Source of the DNA: Candidatus Saccharimonadales bacterium
GTDB lineage: Bacteria; Patescibacteriota; Microgenomatia; Levybacterales; UBA12049
Direction of reading: 5' to 3'
Length of the DNA stretch: 64,000 nucleotides
Assembly (NCBI GenBank): GCA_035478335.1
Contig: DATIJS010000057.1
Location: 8,143-72,142, forward strand
Shown here: positions 45,250-55,894 of the stretch, piece by piece
How positions within the stretch are numbered: position 1 is the stretch's first letter
Layout: each line of letters starts with the position of its first letter
Notes under the pieces: generated by a model
Databases searched by the model: none
The model's input: the letters and a program-made list of their open reading frames with translations, nothing else
What the model was told of the DNA's origin: nothing
Program-made: the position numbers and the translations under genes

Positions 45250-47133
45250 ATGGATACCAGCAAATCAAGATTCAAACCAAATCTAACAAAAAAGAAATCC
45301 CACAATAACTCTCTAAAAATGCATGAGGTTTTATTGGCCAAAATAATAGATAGGCTTGCTACATCGATTGATCAAGATATTACTCTTCAGGAAATTTCTA
45401 AACTCCTAGTACCCGATCTCGCTGATTATTCAAGGATCGCAATTGTGGATGATTATAAAAAAATAAAAGAAATTAATGTCAGCCATAAAGATCCTTCCAA
45501 AGTACAATTGGCAAGTGATATATTTGATGGATATAAAGGCAGACCGGAATCAACTCACGGCATCGAAAAAATATTAAATAGCGGAAAAGCCGAAATGATT
45601 GAGATTGTAGATAAAAAAGTACTTCAATCTGTCAAAAGCAATGTTTCGCTTTACAATACAATTAAAAAAATCGGCCTGAAGTCATATATGGGAGTTCCTC
45701 TTATAGCCCGCGGCAGAGTTATCGGCGCGATAACTCTCTCCTCTATTAGAGCGGATCGTTTTTACACAATGAGCGATCTGAAATTTGCGCAGGAAATCGC
45801 AAATAGAATAGCCTTAACGCTTGACAATGCAAATTTATACAGGCAGGCTCAGAATGAAATTATAGTAAGACGTGAGACTGAAAAGAAATTGGTTGATGCT
45901 CAGAAAAGACTTCTTTTTCTTTCTGAGGCGAGTAAATTACTTTCATCAAGTCTTGATTACAAAACTACAATTAACAATATAGCAACTCTTGCTATCCCTT
46001 ATATAGCAGACTGGTACATTGTTGATATGTTAAATGAGAAAGGTCAGATGGAATTACTCTCCGTTGCTCATGCAGACAAAAAGATGGTTAGGTTTGCTAA
46101 GGAGTACCGTAAGACACATCCAGTTGATCTGTCAACAAATTCCGGAACGGCTCGGGTTATAAAAACCGGGAAATCAGAGTTTATACCTATTGTTACTGAC
46201 GAAATGATTGTTGATAGTGTAAAAAATAAAAAAGAACTTAAATTAATTAGAAGCCTAGGATTTACATCAATTATTATGGTACCACTTCTTGTGCAGGGGA
46301 CGGTATTTGGGGCAATGACCTTGGTCTCAGCGGGTTCCAAAAGAATCTTTTCAGAAACTGATTTATCAATGATTGAGGAGCTTGGAACACGTATAGCTCT
46401 TGCGATACAAAACGTTAAATTATATACAGAGGCTCAAAAAGCAATTGATGTAAGAGATGAATTTATATCTGTTGCCTCACATGAGCTAAAAACGCCTTTA
46501 ACAAGTCTCAAGCTATTTTCACAAGTTCTCAAACAGCAAGTTGAAAAAAGGGGAGTAATAGATTTCAGTAAGTATTTTGAAAAGATGGATAATCAAGTTA
46601 GTAAACTAGCTGTACTTGTTGAAGATCTGCTCAATATTACAAAGCTGGAACATGGGAAAATGGAATTTTATATGGAAGAGTTTAATATTGAGAATGTATT
46701 AAAAGATGCAATTGAAACACTTATGCCTATGGCACGTTTTCACAAAATTGTTCTAAAAGGAAAATCTACCAAAAATATATATGGCGATAAATATAGAATC
46801 TATCAAGTGGTGACTAATTTATTAACAAACGCGCTTAAATATTCTCCCTCTGCTAAAAATATTGACGTTCGTGTTGGCACTTCTAAGGCCGGTATTCGCC
46901 TGTCAGTTAGAGACTATGGAATAGGAATAGATAAAAAACATTTAGCTAAAATATTTGATCAATTTTATAGGGTTACAGGTTCCAAGGAAAAAACATATCC
47001 TGGCCTTGGAATGGGTTTGTATATCGCAAATGAAATAATCAAACGTCATGGTGGAAAGATGAGTGTAAAAAGTATAAAAGGAAAAGGATCAGAATTTAGT
47101 TTTACACTTCCATTTAAGAAAAATGAAAAATAA
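45250..47133 (+). CDS. Cytoplasmic GAF-GAF sensor histidine kinase
   Basis: Two repeated GAF units (..VPL...G.V.GA.TL), ASHELKTPLT, NALKYS, GLGMGL. Confidence 0.93.
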   Translation: MDTSKSRFKPNLTKKKSHNNSLKMHEVLLAKIIDRLATSIDQDITLQEISKLLVPDLADYSRIAIVDDYKKIKEINVSHKDPSKVQLASDIFDGYKGRPESTHGIEKILNSGKAEMIEIVDKKVLQSVKSNVSLYNTIKKIGLKSYMGVPLIARGRVIGAITLSSIRADRFYTMSDLKFAQEIANRIALTLDNANLYRQAQNEIIVRRETEKKLVDAQKRLLFLSEASKLLSSSLDYKTTINNIATLAIPYIADWYIVDMLNEKGQMELLSVAHADKKMVRFAKEYRKTHPVDLSTNSGTARVIKTGKSEFIPIVTDEMIVDSVKNKKELKLIRSLGFTSIIMVPLLVQGTVFGAMTLVSAGSKRIFSETDLSMIEELGTRIALAIQNVKLYTEAQKAIDVRDEFISVASHELKTPLTSLKLFSQVLKQQVEKRGVIDFSKYFEKMDNQVSKLAVLVEDLLNITKLEHGKMEFYMEEFNIENVLKDAIETLMPMARFHKIVLKGKSTKNIYGDKYRIYQVVTNLLTNALKYSPSAKNIDVRVGTSKAGIRLSVRDYGIGIDKKHLAKIFDQFYRVTGSKEKTYPGLGMGLYIANEIIKRHGGKMSVKSIKGKGSEFSFTLPFKKNEK

Positions 47134-47533
47134 TCTCAGCCGGAAAAAAAATATGGACAAGATAAATAAAAGAATTCTCGTTGTTGATGACGATCCAGAT
47201 ATACTGGATGCAATGAAATTGACGCTTGAGACAAATGGTTATAAAGTTGATATATTCGAGAAAGGTGAAGGTTTGTCTGACAAGTTGATTCATAGTAATT
47301 TTTACCCTGATCTTATCATTCTTGATGTATTTTTATCAGGAACAAATGGGAAAGAGGTTTGTAGACAATTAAAAGACAACATCAAAACAAAACACATCCC
47401 GGTATTGATGGTTTCAGCACATCCGGATCTATCTAGATCTATTCAAGATATAAACGCTTCAGGTTTTTTGGCAAAACCGTTTGAAGTGCATGATTTACTG
47501 AAAAAAGTTAACGAAAATGTTTCTACTAAATGA
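47123..47533 (+). CDS. Single-domain response regulator
   Basis: VVDDD, ILDVFL, MVSA, LAKPF. Confidence 0.92.
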   Translation: MKNNLSRKKNMDKINKRILVVDDDPDILDAMKLTLETNGYKVDIFEKGEGLSDKLIHSNFYPDLIILDVFLSGTNGKEVCRQLKDNIKTKHIPVLMVSAHPDLSRSIQDINASGFLAKPFEVHDLLKKVNENVSTK

Positions 47534-47623
47534 ATTCTTCTTTCTCGATTCTTACGCATAATTCACGATCTCATTACTCACTTTCAGTATGCTTAACCCA
47601 AGAAGGTAAGGAGGTGATAAAGA

Positions 47624-47980
47624 ATGTCTAATACACACAAAAAAGCAAATAAAAACGGCAAAGCTGTAGCAGTTGGAGTAGCAGGAGCAGCAGTTGTCGC
47701 AGCGGGGGTTGCGGTAGCGGCTTTATCAAAAAAAGAAAACCGTAAAAAAGCCGGGAAAATACTTAAAAAAGTAAAGAAAGAGGGGAAGGCTTTTGGAATC
47801 CAAGCTATAGCGGAAATTGAAAAAGTGCAAAAACTGCATGCAAAAATTGATACACCATCAAAAATCGGTTCAAAGAAAATCACCGGTTCAAAAAAGCGAT
47901 CAATTAGCACATCTCGCAAAAGTTCATCCCGATTAAGAGGTGATCAGAGTCACCTAATGAATAGTAAAATGGCTAATTAG
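47624..47980 (+). CDS. Small basic protein with Ala/Val/Gly-rich hydrophobic segment
   Basis: AAGGAGGTG SD; AVAVGVAGAAVVAAGVAVAAL followed by KKENRKK. Confidence 0.65.
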   Translation: MSNTHKKANKNGKAVAVGVAGAAVVAAGVAVAALSKKENRKKAGKILKKVKKEGKAFGIQAIAEIEKVQKLHAKIDTPSKIGSKKITGSKKRSISTSRKSSSRLRGDQSHLMNSKMAN

Positions 47981-48017
47981 TCATTTGGGATCTTTGAAGA
48001 AAGGAGGTTATCTATAT

Positions 48018-48164
48018 ATGGGTTTAATAGAAACAATCGCAATTATTTTGGTGGTTCTTTGGTTATTGGGATTTGGATTGCATATTGGCGGAAGCATAAT
48101 TCATGTACTCTTAGTAATTGCAATAATAGTCTTTTTAATGCGTTTTATAAAAAGAAACGCTTAA
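48018..48164 (+). CDS. lmo0937-family small membrane protein (not in ORF track)
   Basis: MGLIETIAIILVVLWLLGFGLHIGGSIIHVLLVIAIIVFLMRFIKRNA; AAGGAGG SD. Confidence 0.85.
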   Translation: MGLIETIAIILVVLWLLGFGLHIGGSIIHVLLVIAIIVFLMRFIKRNA

Positions 48165-48197
48165 GTAAAAGTTAGATTATATTCAAGAGTAAAACTT

Positions 48198-48238
48198 AGC
48201 CCATCGTTTAGGTATATTTAATCTAAACGGTGGGTTTT
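48198..48238 (+). terminator. Probable intrinsic terminator
   Basis: AGCCCATCGTTTAG / CTAAACGGTGGGTT stem then T run. Confidence 0.6.
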
Positions 48239-48252
48239 GGTATAATCAATTT

Positions 48253-49173
48253 ATGTCAGTCTCAAAATATCAGGTATTACTTTTTTATAAATATGTCCGC
48301 CTTCCTATTCCGGAATTGATTAAAAAAGAGCAAATCAAATTGTGCGTTGCTTTAAATTTAAAGGGTAGGATTATTCTGGCAGAAGAGGGGATTAACGGAA
48401 CGCTTGAGGGGCTCAAAAAAGATACCAAGAAATATATCGCTGAGATGGATAAGAGTGATTTGTTTAAGGATATAAGCTTTAAGAAAAGTGAGGGAACAGG
48501 AAGTGCTTTTCCCAAATTAAGTATTAAAGTAAGACGCGAAGTAGTGACTGCTAAAATTCCTATAGATCCCACAAAAGTAACCGGTAAATATATTACCTCA
48601 GATTTACTTCATCAATGGATTGAAGAGAAGAAAGAATTTTATATCGTTGATATGCGAAATGACTACGAGTATCAGTCAGGTCATTTTGAAAATTTTATCC
48701 CCTCAGGAATTCACAATTTCTACGATTTGCCGGATGTGCTGCCAAAATTGAAACACCTCAAAAATAAAACAATTGTTACTGTCTGCACAGGTGGTATAAG
48801 GTGTGAGAAAGCCTCCGGATTTTTAGTAAACAACGGATTTGAAGACGTTTACCAACTCAAAGATGGGATACAAACATACATGGAAAAATATCCAAATGAG
48901 CATTTTCTGGGGAAACTGTATGTTTTTGATAATCGTTTAACGCTTGGCTTTAACATCGAAGATCCCAAGCATAAAATTGTCGGGAAATGTCTGCATTGCG
49001 GTGTCTCATGTGACAGCTATGTTAACTGTGAGTATGATATTTGCCATTTTCATTACATAAGCTGTCAGGACTGCATGGATCGCGAGTTAGGTTTATATTT
49101 TGATAAAAAAGAATGTAAGGAAAAATATTTGAAGAGTCCGCAGTATGCCAAAGTTCAGGGAATGAATGTTTAG
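48253..49173 (+). CDS. trhO: Rhodanese-domain tRNA uridine(34) hydroxylase TrhO/YceA family
   Basis: LFYKY, LKGRI..A.EGINGT, DMRNDYE..GHF, CTGGIRCEKAS, YVFDNR. Confidence 0.9.
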   Translation: MSVSKYQVLLFYKYVRLPIPELIKKEQIKLCVALNLKGRIILAEEGINGTLEGLKKDTKKYIAEMDKSDLFKDISFKKSEGTGSAFPKLSIKVRREVVTAKIPIDPTKVTGKYITSDLLHQWIEEKKEFYIVDMRNDYEYQSGHFENFIPSGIHNFYDLPDVLPKLKHLKNKTIVTVCTGGIRCEKASGFLVNNGFEDVYQLKDGIQTYMEKYPNEHFLGKLYVFDNRLTLGFNIEDPKHKIVGKCLHCGVSCDSYVNCEYDICHFHYISCQDCMDRELGLYFDKKECKEKYLKSPQYAKVQGMNV

Positions 49174-49178
49174 AATTA

Positions 49179-49736
49179 TTATTCTTCCGGCTCAGGGGGT
49201 AGAAATTCTTCCCCTGCATTATCTACCTTTTCATTATATTCTGAAGGCTTGAGCCAGTAAACATACGTGCAGCCTGTTGCTTTTCTTTCCTTACTATCCC
49301 ATCCGGCTGTACTGCATTTCTTCATTTTCTTTCCTGCATTGGTTGTGAAAAGCACAAGTTTGGATCCGCATTCAGGGCATTCCTCATCTAATGGCTCTGT
49401 AGTTCCATTGATCCACTCCACATAATCACAGCCTTCAACCTTTTTGGTATCTTTATTCCAGACACCTGTTGAGCATTTTTTCATTTTCTTACCAAAACGA
49501 GTGGTTGCAAGAATAAGAGGGGAGCCGCATTTGGGGCATTTCTCATCAAGCGCTTCAGGTTCAATCTCAAGCCATTTTACATAATCGCAGCCGATATTTT
49601 GGCGGGTCTCCGGGTCCCATGATCCTTTTGAACATCTTTGAAGTTTGCGGCCGGTCTTGGTGACTGTTATCTCTCCTAGTGCAGATCCGCATTTGGGACA
49701 GACTTCGTTATTTGTTTTTTCTTCTGCATTTGCCAT
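49179..49736 (-). CDS. Stand-alone topoisomerase-type C4 zinc-ribbon repeat protein
   Basis: Three CP.CGS.L...T..G....CS...W.......GC.YV.W repeats. Confidence 0.85.
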   Translation of the reverse strand: MANAEEKTNNEVCPKCGSALGEITVTKTGRKLQRCSKGSWDPETRQNIGCDYVKWLEIEPEALDEKCPKCGSPLILATTRFGKKMKKCSTGVWNKDTKKVEGCDYVEWINGTTEPLDEECPECGSKLVLFTTNAGKKMKKCSTAGWDSKERKATGCTYVYWLKPSEYNEKVDNAGEEFLPPEPEE

Positions 49737-49832
49737 TGATCCATACTACTTAAATGTGTCTTGCTAGTCAATAGACATTTTTGAGCAGCACTTTACATTT
49801 GCTATGTAATGGGTTAATAATTAAAAAGGAGT

Positions 49833-50210
49833 ATGAATAAAGTACTAATTGTTGAAGATGATAAGACACTTCGGGAAATGTATGTTGAGATATTAAAAAG
49901 CGGAGATTTCACTATAGATACAGCAATAGATGGGACGGAAGCCCTTCACAAAATAAAATCTTTTAGACCCGATGCTATTCTTCTTGACCTATTTATTCCC
50001 AAAATTAACGGAATGGATTTATTGAAAAGTATTAAGACAAATCCCGCTACCAAAAATATTAAAGTGATTGTTTCGACCAATGTTCACGTAAATCAGGAAG
50101 AACTTTTACAAAACGGAGCAGAATATGTCCTTCTCAAAGCTGAATACAATCCTGAGCAGCTCACACAAAAAATACAGGAGATTTTAGGAACAACAAATCC
50201 TCAGAATTGA
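49833..50210 (+). CDS. Single-domain response regulator
   Basis: IVEDD, LLDLFIP, STN, LLK. Confidence 0.9.
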   Translation: MNKVLIVEDDKTLREMYVEILKSGDFTIDTAIDGTEALHKIKSFRPDAILLDLFIPKINGMDLLKSIKTNPATKNIKVIVSTNVHVNQEELLQNGAEYVLLKAEYNPEQLTQKIQEILGTTNPQN

Positions 50211-50218
50211 ACATTATT

Positions 50219-51454
50219 TCAGCCTTTGCCCATATTTGTCAGGATCATTAGCGGGATTGATACGATTGCTAAAATACAGATAAGTACAAAGTAAATCCAG
50301 CCTAGTGTTTTCCCAAAATTTCCGCTTGCATGTTTTTGCATTATGCGCTTATCAGCGGCGACTTTTAGTACAGCATAATATGTAAAGGGAAGTGCGAGAA
50401 GAGAAAATATTACTGCATATTCCACTAGGTCAACAGGGTCAATGTTGAACAGAAGGACAAAAAAAGAAAAAATAAAAATTGTGATCCAGGTTGCTGAGAA
50501 TTTTTGGGTTTTGGTTGGATCCAGATGCCGTCCCCAGCGCCATTCAAAATACTGAGCAATGTTGTAAGCACCGGCAAAGCAAGTCTCAAGCGCAGCACCT
50601 GATATGGCAAAAATTATACCGATTAACGCTATTATCATGCCTATCTTTCCAAAGGGAATTGCCGCTAAAAGCACACTTGTTCCATGGAGATTTGGAGTGA
50701 TGTTAAGGGGTTTAAAAATATCGGCACCAAGCACCAAAAGTGATCCAGAAACAAGTGCTCCAAGACTCATCCCTACAATTGCCGTCAGCTTGTTATCTAT
50801 CAATTTTTTAGGATCCCACTTTTCCTCAATTCCACCTGATGAATAAAAATAAACCTCGTAAGGCATCATTGTGCTGGAAATAATCCCGAGCGCGAAATAA
50901 AGATAAGTGTAAATACTTTGAAGATTATAGTGTGGAAGCTTGGGAATCAATCCGGAGCTTATTTCACCGGACGGAATGTGACGTGTGATGACTGCTGCGA
51001 TAAAAATAACCATACCCAAGCCCAAAAGGCCAAATATTTTTTCAAGCAAATTAAATGGCAGTGTCCAGACGATCAATATCAGCACGCCAACAGTTAGAAT
51101 AAGTGCAGGGAGATGGGAAAGTCCGGTTAAGAGTTGGAGTGCAATTGCGACTCCGCCTACTTCAGCAGCACAGGTGAGAATATTTAAAATAGTCGATAAA
51201 ATAAGTACGAGAATACTTACTCGCTTGGAAAAACGGTCTTTGATAATTTCAAAAACAGCTTTTTTGTGAACTGCAGCGATCCTGCCTGAGGCTTCAGAAA
51301 AAACAATTATCCCAATTGCTCCTACCAATACAGCCCACAAAAGTGCAAAACCGAATTTGACACCAGCTTGAACTGAAAAAACCAACTCACCGATATCTAC
51401 AAACCCGCCCATGGCGGTTAATACACCTAGCGTGATTTGAATTAAGCTACTCAT
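50219..51454 (-). CDS. NRAMP-family divalent metal transporter
   Basis: GGFVDIGEL, AG..FGF.LLW, MMPYE..FYSSG; about 11 TMs. Confidence 0.85.
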   Translation of the reverse strand: MSSLIQITLGVLTAMGGFVDIGELVFSVQAGVKFGFALLWAVLVGAIGIIVFSEASGRIAAVHKKAVFEIIKDRFSKRVSILVLILSTILNILTCAAEVGGVAIALQLLTGLSHLPALILTVGVLILIVWTLPFNLLEKIFGLLGLGMVIFIAAVITRHIPSGEISSGLIPKLPHYNLQSIYTYLYFALGIISSTMMPYEVYFYSSGGIEEKWDPKKLIDNKLTAIVGMSLGALVSGSLLVLGADIFKPLNITPNLHGTSVLLAAIPFGKIGMIIALIGIIFAISGAALETCFAGAYNIAQYFEWRWGRHLDPTKTQKFSATWITIFIFSFFVLLFNIDPVDLVEYAVIFSLLALPFTYYAVLKVAADKRIMQKHASGNFGKTLGWIYFVLICILAIVSIPLMILTNMGKG

Positions 51455-51893
51455 ATAATTTCCCTAGGTACTCAAGCTGCTTTGTAATTTTTTTATTTTC
51501 CAATAGCTCAGATTCAATTTGTTGCTTTTCAGCTGTTTTCTCCTCAATTTTTTTAGTCATAAAAAGATACTCAGATGACAAATTTGTAAGTTTTTTTAAA
51601 TTTGAAAAATCTTTTGGAGCAATTTTTTTACCTTGTAATGTATCTGATATTGATTGAAACTTTTTGTCGATCTGGTTAAGTTGGTTTGTCAGATAGGTTG
51701 AGGTTATTTTATCTTGTTGATAATTCTGAAGAAGAAGTTGAGTTTCATGTCCAAAGCTCTCAAAGTCATTGATTTGTGAGTGGATATCATTTTTATTAAG
51801 CTCTGTGTTGCCAATCATCTGCGTGCCAAAAACCGTAACTCCAACGAGTAAGGCAATAAGGGCAGAAACAATATAGATATAAGATGATTTCAC
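51447..51893 (-). CDS. Hypothetical exported protein
   Basis: N-terminal hydrophobic helix; overlaps NRAMP start. Confidence 0.6.
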   Translation of the reverse strand: MKSSYIYIVSALIALLVGVTVFGTQMIGNTELNKNDIHSQINDFESFGHETQLLLQNYQQDKITSTYLTNQLNQIDKKFQSISDTLQGKKIAPKDFSNLKKLTNLSSEYLFMTKKIEEKTAEKQQIESELLENKKITKQLEYLGKLYE

Positions 51894-52020
51894 CAGAATA
51901 ATATATTAAAGATAGATTAATCCTTAGCCAAAAAACGGTAAGAATATAGTAAGTTACATTCTTACTGTTTTCATAGATATTTTTAATAATGTTTTAAACA
52001 CAATTATATAAAGTTCAATT

Positions 52021-52875
52021 ATGAATAATCCTTCAGGACAGCCGCCCCAAGAACAGCACCCACCGGGTACCGAGCAGAAAATGTATCCTAAGCCTGTGAG
52101 CGTCAACCCGAATTATAAGTCATCAGGAAAGTTTAAAGATAAGGTCGTATTAATTACAGGAGGGGATAGCGGAATAGGAAAAGCGACTGCAGTTCATTTT
52201 GCCAAAGAAGGTGCAAATGTCGGGATTATTTATCTGGAAGTCGACCAAGATGCGGAGGAAACAAAAAAGATGATCGAACAAGAGGGAAGAGAATGCTTGC
52301 TTATAAAAGGAGACATTGGAGATAAAGAATTTTGTAAAAAAAGCGTAAAACAAGTCATAGACAAGTTTGCACGTGTAGATGTGCTAATAAATAATGCCGC
52401 AGAGCAGCATCCTCGGGAAAATTTGGAGGAAATTTCAGAAGAACAGCTAAGGAGGACCTTTCAGACAAATATCTTTTCCATGTTTTTCATGACACAAGCG
52501 GTAATGCCGCATTTGAAAGAGGGAAGTAGCATTTTAAATAATGCATCGGTTACTGCATACCGTGGAAGTGAGCATTTACTTGATTATTCATCAACCAAAG
52601 GAGCGATTGTTAGCTTCACACGCTCGCTTGCTGCCAATCTTGCAAAGAAAAAAATAAGAGTAAATGCTGTTGCGCCGGGACCAATCTGGACGCCTCTAAT
52701 TGTATCGACTTTTCCAAAAGAAAGGGTCTCAGGATTTGGGACAGATACGCCTCTTGGCAGGGCAGGACAACCTTATGAGGTAGCAACAGCCTTTATATTT
52801 CTTGCCAGTGACGACGCCTCCTACATAACCGGCCAGACTCTCCACGTAAACGGTGGTGAACCGGTCAATGGATAA
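52021..52875 (+). CDS. SDR oxidoreductase (general-stress YhxC/YghA-like)
   Basis: PPQEQ.PPG, ITGGDSGIG, NNAAEQ, DYSSTKGAI, PLGRAGQP.E. Confidence 0.93.
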   Translation: MNNPSGQPPQEQHPPGTEQKMYPKPVSVNPNYKSSGKFKDKVVLITGGDSGIGKATAVHFAKEGANVGIIYLEVDQDAEETKKMIEQEGRECLLIKGDIGDKEFCKKSVKQVIDKFARVDVLINNAAEQHPRENLEEISEEQLRRTFQTNIFSMFFMTQAVMPHLKEGSSILNNASVTAYRGSEHLLDYSSTKGAIVSFTRSLAANLAKKKIRVNAVAPGPIWTPLIVSTFPKERVSGFGTDTPLGRAGQPYEVATAFIFLASDDASYITGQTLHVNGGEPVNG

Positions 52876-52957
52876 ATATTCATACAAGTCTTTTACATTT
52901 GAGCTGTTAAGATAATTAAGTATAAGTTTATTTTAATAAAGATCGGGGGTGATTTAT

Positions 52958-53104
52958 ATGAGTATTAGTTTTGCAAATCTTAGTCCAATTGTTTCATTAC
53001 TTTTTGGTATTCTTATCCTGGTATTTCCAAAATTTCTCAATTATCTAATTGCTGTCTATCTTATTATCATAGGGCTGTTGGGGCTTGGAATAATCAGATT
53101 TTGA
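52958..53104 (+). CDS. DUF3096-family small membrane protein (not in ORF track)
   Basis: MSISFANLSPIVSLLFGILILVFPKFLNYLIAVYLIIIGLLGLGIIRF; GGGGGTG SD. Confidence 0.8.
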   Translation: MSISFANLSPIVSLLFGILILVFPKFLNYLIAVYLIIIGLLGLGIIRF

Positions 53105-53228
53105 GCAGGCGGTAAAGGTAAATATAAATTTTAGTTTACTAATTTTATACTAATATTTATCTTTTTACTTTTACCCCCTTGACAATTATATTAATTTGAT
53201 ATAAATTTAGATTAAATCTACAATATTT

Positions 53229-54668
53229 ATGGATGACACAAGTAAAAATCTAAAAAATTATCTTGAAATCCCATATGATAAGTTGGAAGAAATGAATCTC
53301 AAAGCAGCCGAAGATTCATTGACAAAAAGCCCCAAAGAACTGGAAAAAGAATATAGTGCATACCTCCTTAAAGAAAAAAGAATTAAAGCAGTTACTGTCT
53401 GCTTTACAGACATCGAGGGGAGATTTCATATGCTGGATTATGACAAGAAGTTTTTTCTTGACTCTATTGCCAATCTTACATTTGATGGTTCCTCAATCCG
53501 CGGATTTTCCGCTCAATTTGAATCAGATCTGAGACTTGATATTGACTGGGGATCTATCAGACATCTGCCGTCTGATGTTTTTGGCAGTGGAAAAGTAATC
53601 TTTTTTGCATCAGTTCATAACCGCAATCACACACAATACGAATCTGATTTCCGTGGACAACTAAAGCTTTATTCGGAAGCTCTTCGTAAAAAAGAAGGAA
53701 TTACAGCATTCGCTGCATCTGAAATTGAAGGATTTTTGGTTGATGGGATTAATTCCGAGCAGAATTTCACAGCTTCAGAGGGTTTGAAACTTATTACAAC
53801 TGGTGGATATTTTCACTCACTCCCGCTTGATAAATTGCGTGTATTTATAGATCATGTTGCAGAAGCTCAGCGTGCCATGGGTTTTAAAAATGAAAAGGAT
53901 CATCCTGAAGTTGCTCCATCTCAGTTTGAAGTTAATTTTTCCTATGCTGATGTAGTCCGCGCAGGGGATCAGATTCAGCTTTATAAATTAGTCTGCCGTC
54001 AGGTAGCAAGATCTATGGGAATGACAGCGACATTCTTGCCAAAACCGGCAATGGGAATAAATGGGTCAGGAATGCACACCAATTTCTCACTCGGAAAGGG
54101 TGGAAAGAATATTTTTTACGATCCAAAAGGACAAGACGGGCTCTCAAAAATAGCTTGGGATTTCCTTGGAAGACTTCTGCAGCATGCACCTGAGATTTGT
54201 CTGGTATTCAATTCTTCAGTGAATGCATACAGAAGACTGGATCCGCATTTTGAAGCTCCAAATCAGATAAAAGTCTCAGCACTTGACCGTGGATCTATGA
54301 TCAGAATTCCTGTCGGAAATGAAAAAACAGCCAGAATTGAAGTCAGGTCTGTTGCACCGGATTCCAATCCATATCTTGTTTTATACACTATTCTGAGAGT
54401 TGGAAAAGAAGGAGATCAGCTGAAAAAAGACGAGGAGAAAAGAGAAAGATCAAGATTCCTGCCTGACAATATCTATGATGCGATCAGAATATTCAAGTCC
54501 AGTGACTTTATGAGTAAAATCTTGGGAGCAAATAATAAAGAAAAATATGCCTCATTCAAGCAAGCAGCTGCTGATAGAAGCCCGAAAGCGCTTGGAACAC
54601 TTATTAAGGAGTCTGAGATTATTTATCATCATGAAGTAACGAATCAGGTTTTGTGGAATAAGTTTTAA
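53229..54668 (+). CDS. glnA: Glutamine synthetase type I
   Basis: FDGSSIRGF, HPEVAPSQFE, ATFLPKP..GINGSGMH, AYRRL.P.FEAP, RIEVRS. Confidence 0.95.
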   Translation: MDDTSKNLKNYLEIPYDKLEEMNLKAAEDSLTKSPKELEKEYSAYLLKEKRIKAVTVCFTDIEGRFHMLDYDKKFFLDSIANLTFDGSSIRGFSAQFESDLRLDIDWGSIRHLPSDVFGSGKVIFFASVHNRNHTQYESDFRGQLKLYSEALRKKEGITAFAASEIEGFLVDGINSEQNFTASEGLKLITTGGYFHSLPLDKLRVFIDHVAEAQRAMGFKNEKDHPEVAPSQFEVNFSYADVVRAGDQIQLYKLVCRQVARSMGMTATFLPKPAMGINGSGMHTNFSLGKGGKNIFYDPKGQDGLSKIAWDFLGRLLQHAPEICLVFNSSVNAYRRLDPHFEAPNQIKVSALDRGSMIRIPVGNEKTARIEVRSVAPDSNPYLVLYTILRVGKEGDQLKKDEEKRERSRFLPDNIYDAIRIFKSSDFMSKILGANNKEKYASFKQAAADRSPKALGTLIKESEIIYHHEVTNQVLWNKF

Positions 54669-54715
54669 AAAGTTGCTACTTTCGAGGTGAAAATTGTAAG
54701 TGCTATAATCCTCTC

Positions 54716-55351
54716 ATGAATTCAAAAGTTTGGAACGCTCCAAAACCTCCCTTTATAAAATATAAGAAAAGTATGTTTTTAAATGCTTCAAAAGTTACGG
54801 GTTTGGTTTATCAAATAGGAGAAAGTGAGATTCTCAGAAAGCCATCGGTTGAAGTTTCGTTAAGAAATATAAAAACACGCGAGATGCAATTGAAGTTTGC
54901 TTTTCTTAAAAAAAGGTTGCAACAATATACCAAAATAACCGGGCATGGCCGCGGAATGGCCGCTGTTCAGGTGGGTATTCCGGAAAATTTTTTTGTCGCA
55001 TATACAAATCTTGAAAAAACAAAAATTGAGACCTTTATAAATCCCAAAATTACAAAAAAGTCGGCAAAACATCTGAAATATCCTGAAATGTGCATGAGTG
55101 CCAATCCTGTAATTGTTCCATTGACTAGGCCAGCATGGATTGAGTTTGATTATCTGGAAGAATCAGGAAATTCAAAACATTGGTCAATGAAAGATGAAAC
55201 TAAACTTGGCCGAATGTTAAATCGCGTGTTCCAGCATGAAATTGATCATCTTGCGGGAATTATCAATATTGATCTGGTTAGTTCTCCAAAAGAATTGATT
55301 TTGGAGTCTAACCCATCCTTTTACAAAAAATCAAAATTTGAAACAGTATAA
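54716..55351 (+). CDS. def: Peptide deformylase
   Basis: GRGMAAVQVG, EMCMS (EGCLS-like), QHEIDHLAG. Confidence 0.88.
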   Translation: MNSKVWNAPKPPFIKYKKSMFLNASKVTGLVYQIGESEILRKPSVEVSLRNIKTREMQLKFAFLKKRLQQYTKITGHGRGMAAVQVGIPENFFVAYTNLEKTKIETFINPKITKKSAKHLKYPEMCMSANPVIVPLTRPAWIEFDYLEESGNSKHWSMKDETKLGRMLNRVFQHEIDHLAGIINIDLVSSPKELILESNPSFYKKSKFETV

Positions 55352-55382
55352 TTTTAAACTAATTCTGCTATACTTTATTCAG

Positions 55383-55892
55383 ATGAAAAAAATAGTTTTG
55401 GCTGTATTAATTCTACTTATTGGCATTGGTGTTGTTTTATCCCAGACTGTATTTAAATCCAAGCCCGTGCATTTCCATGCAGGATTTCAAGTATATGTTG
55501 ATGATAAACTGCAGAGCTTTTCTGATTTTAAATATATGGATGAGACTCCATGTACCAAAAACGGAAAGCCGCTTCCGGATGTGCATGAAGATGAGCAAAT
55601 GGAAAAAGCCCATCTGCACGATCAGATAGGGGACGTTGTCCATGTTCATCGTGAAAATGCTACGTGGGGAGATTTATTCAAAAATATCAAATACCCGATT
55701 GACGGACAAAAAGCTACAGCGTATATCGATGGTGAAAAGGTTGATGATTTCTTGACAATTGAAATTGAGCCCTATGACAGTCTGGTTGTTTTTGTAGGGA
55801 AGCATACTGATGACAAGAATTATCTGAAAAATGCTGTTAAGAAAGATTACATAAAACAGACTGAGAAGAAAAGCGAAACCTGCAGTTCATAA
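55383..55892 (+). CDS. Exported His-motif protein
   Basis: Signal/anchor, HFHAGF and HLHD...VHVH motifs. Confidence 0.7.
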   Translation: MKKIVLAVLILLIGIGVVLSQTVFKSKPVHFHAGFQVYVDDKLQSFSDFKYMDETPCTKNGKPLPDVHEDEQMEKAHLHDQIGDVVHVHRENATWGDLFKNIKYPIDGQKATAYIDGEKVDDFLTIEIEPYDSLVVFVGKHTDDKNYLKNAVKKDYIKQTEKKSETCSS

Positions 55893-55894
55893 TA

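Noticed and set aside
53110-53178. GGTAAA/TTTTAC inverted arms upstream of glnA
   Set aside because: Short and AT-rich; cannot be distinguished from an ordinary terminator or chance by eye
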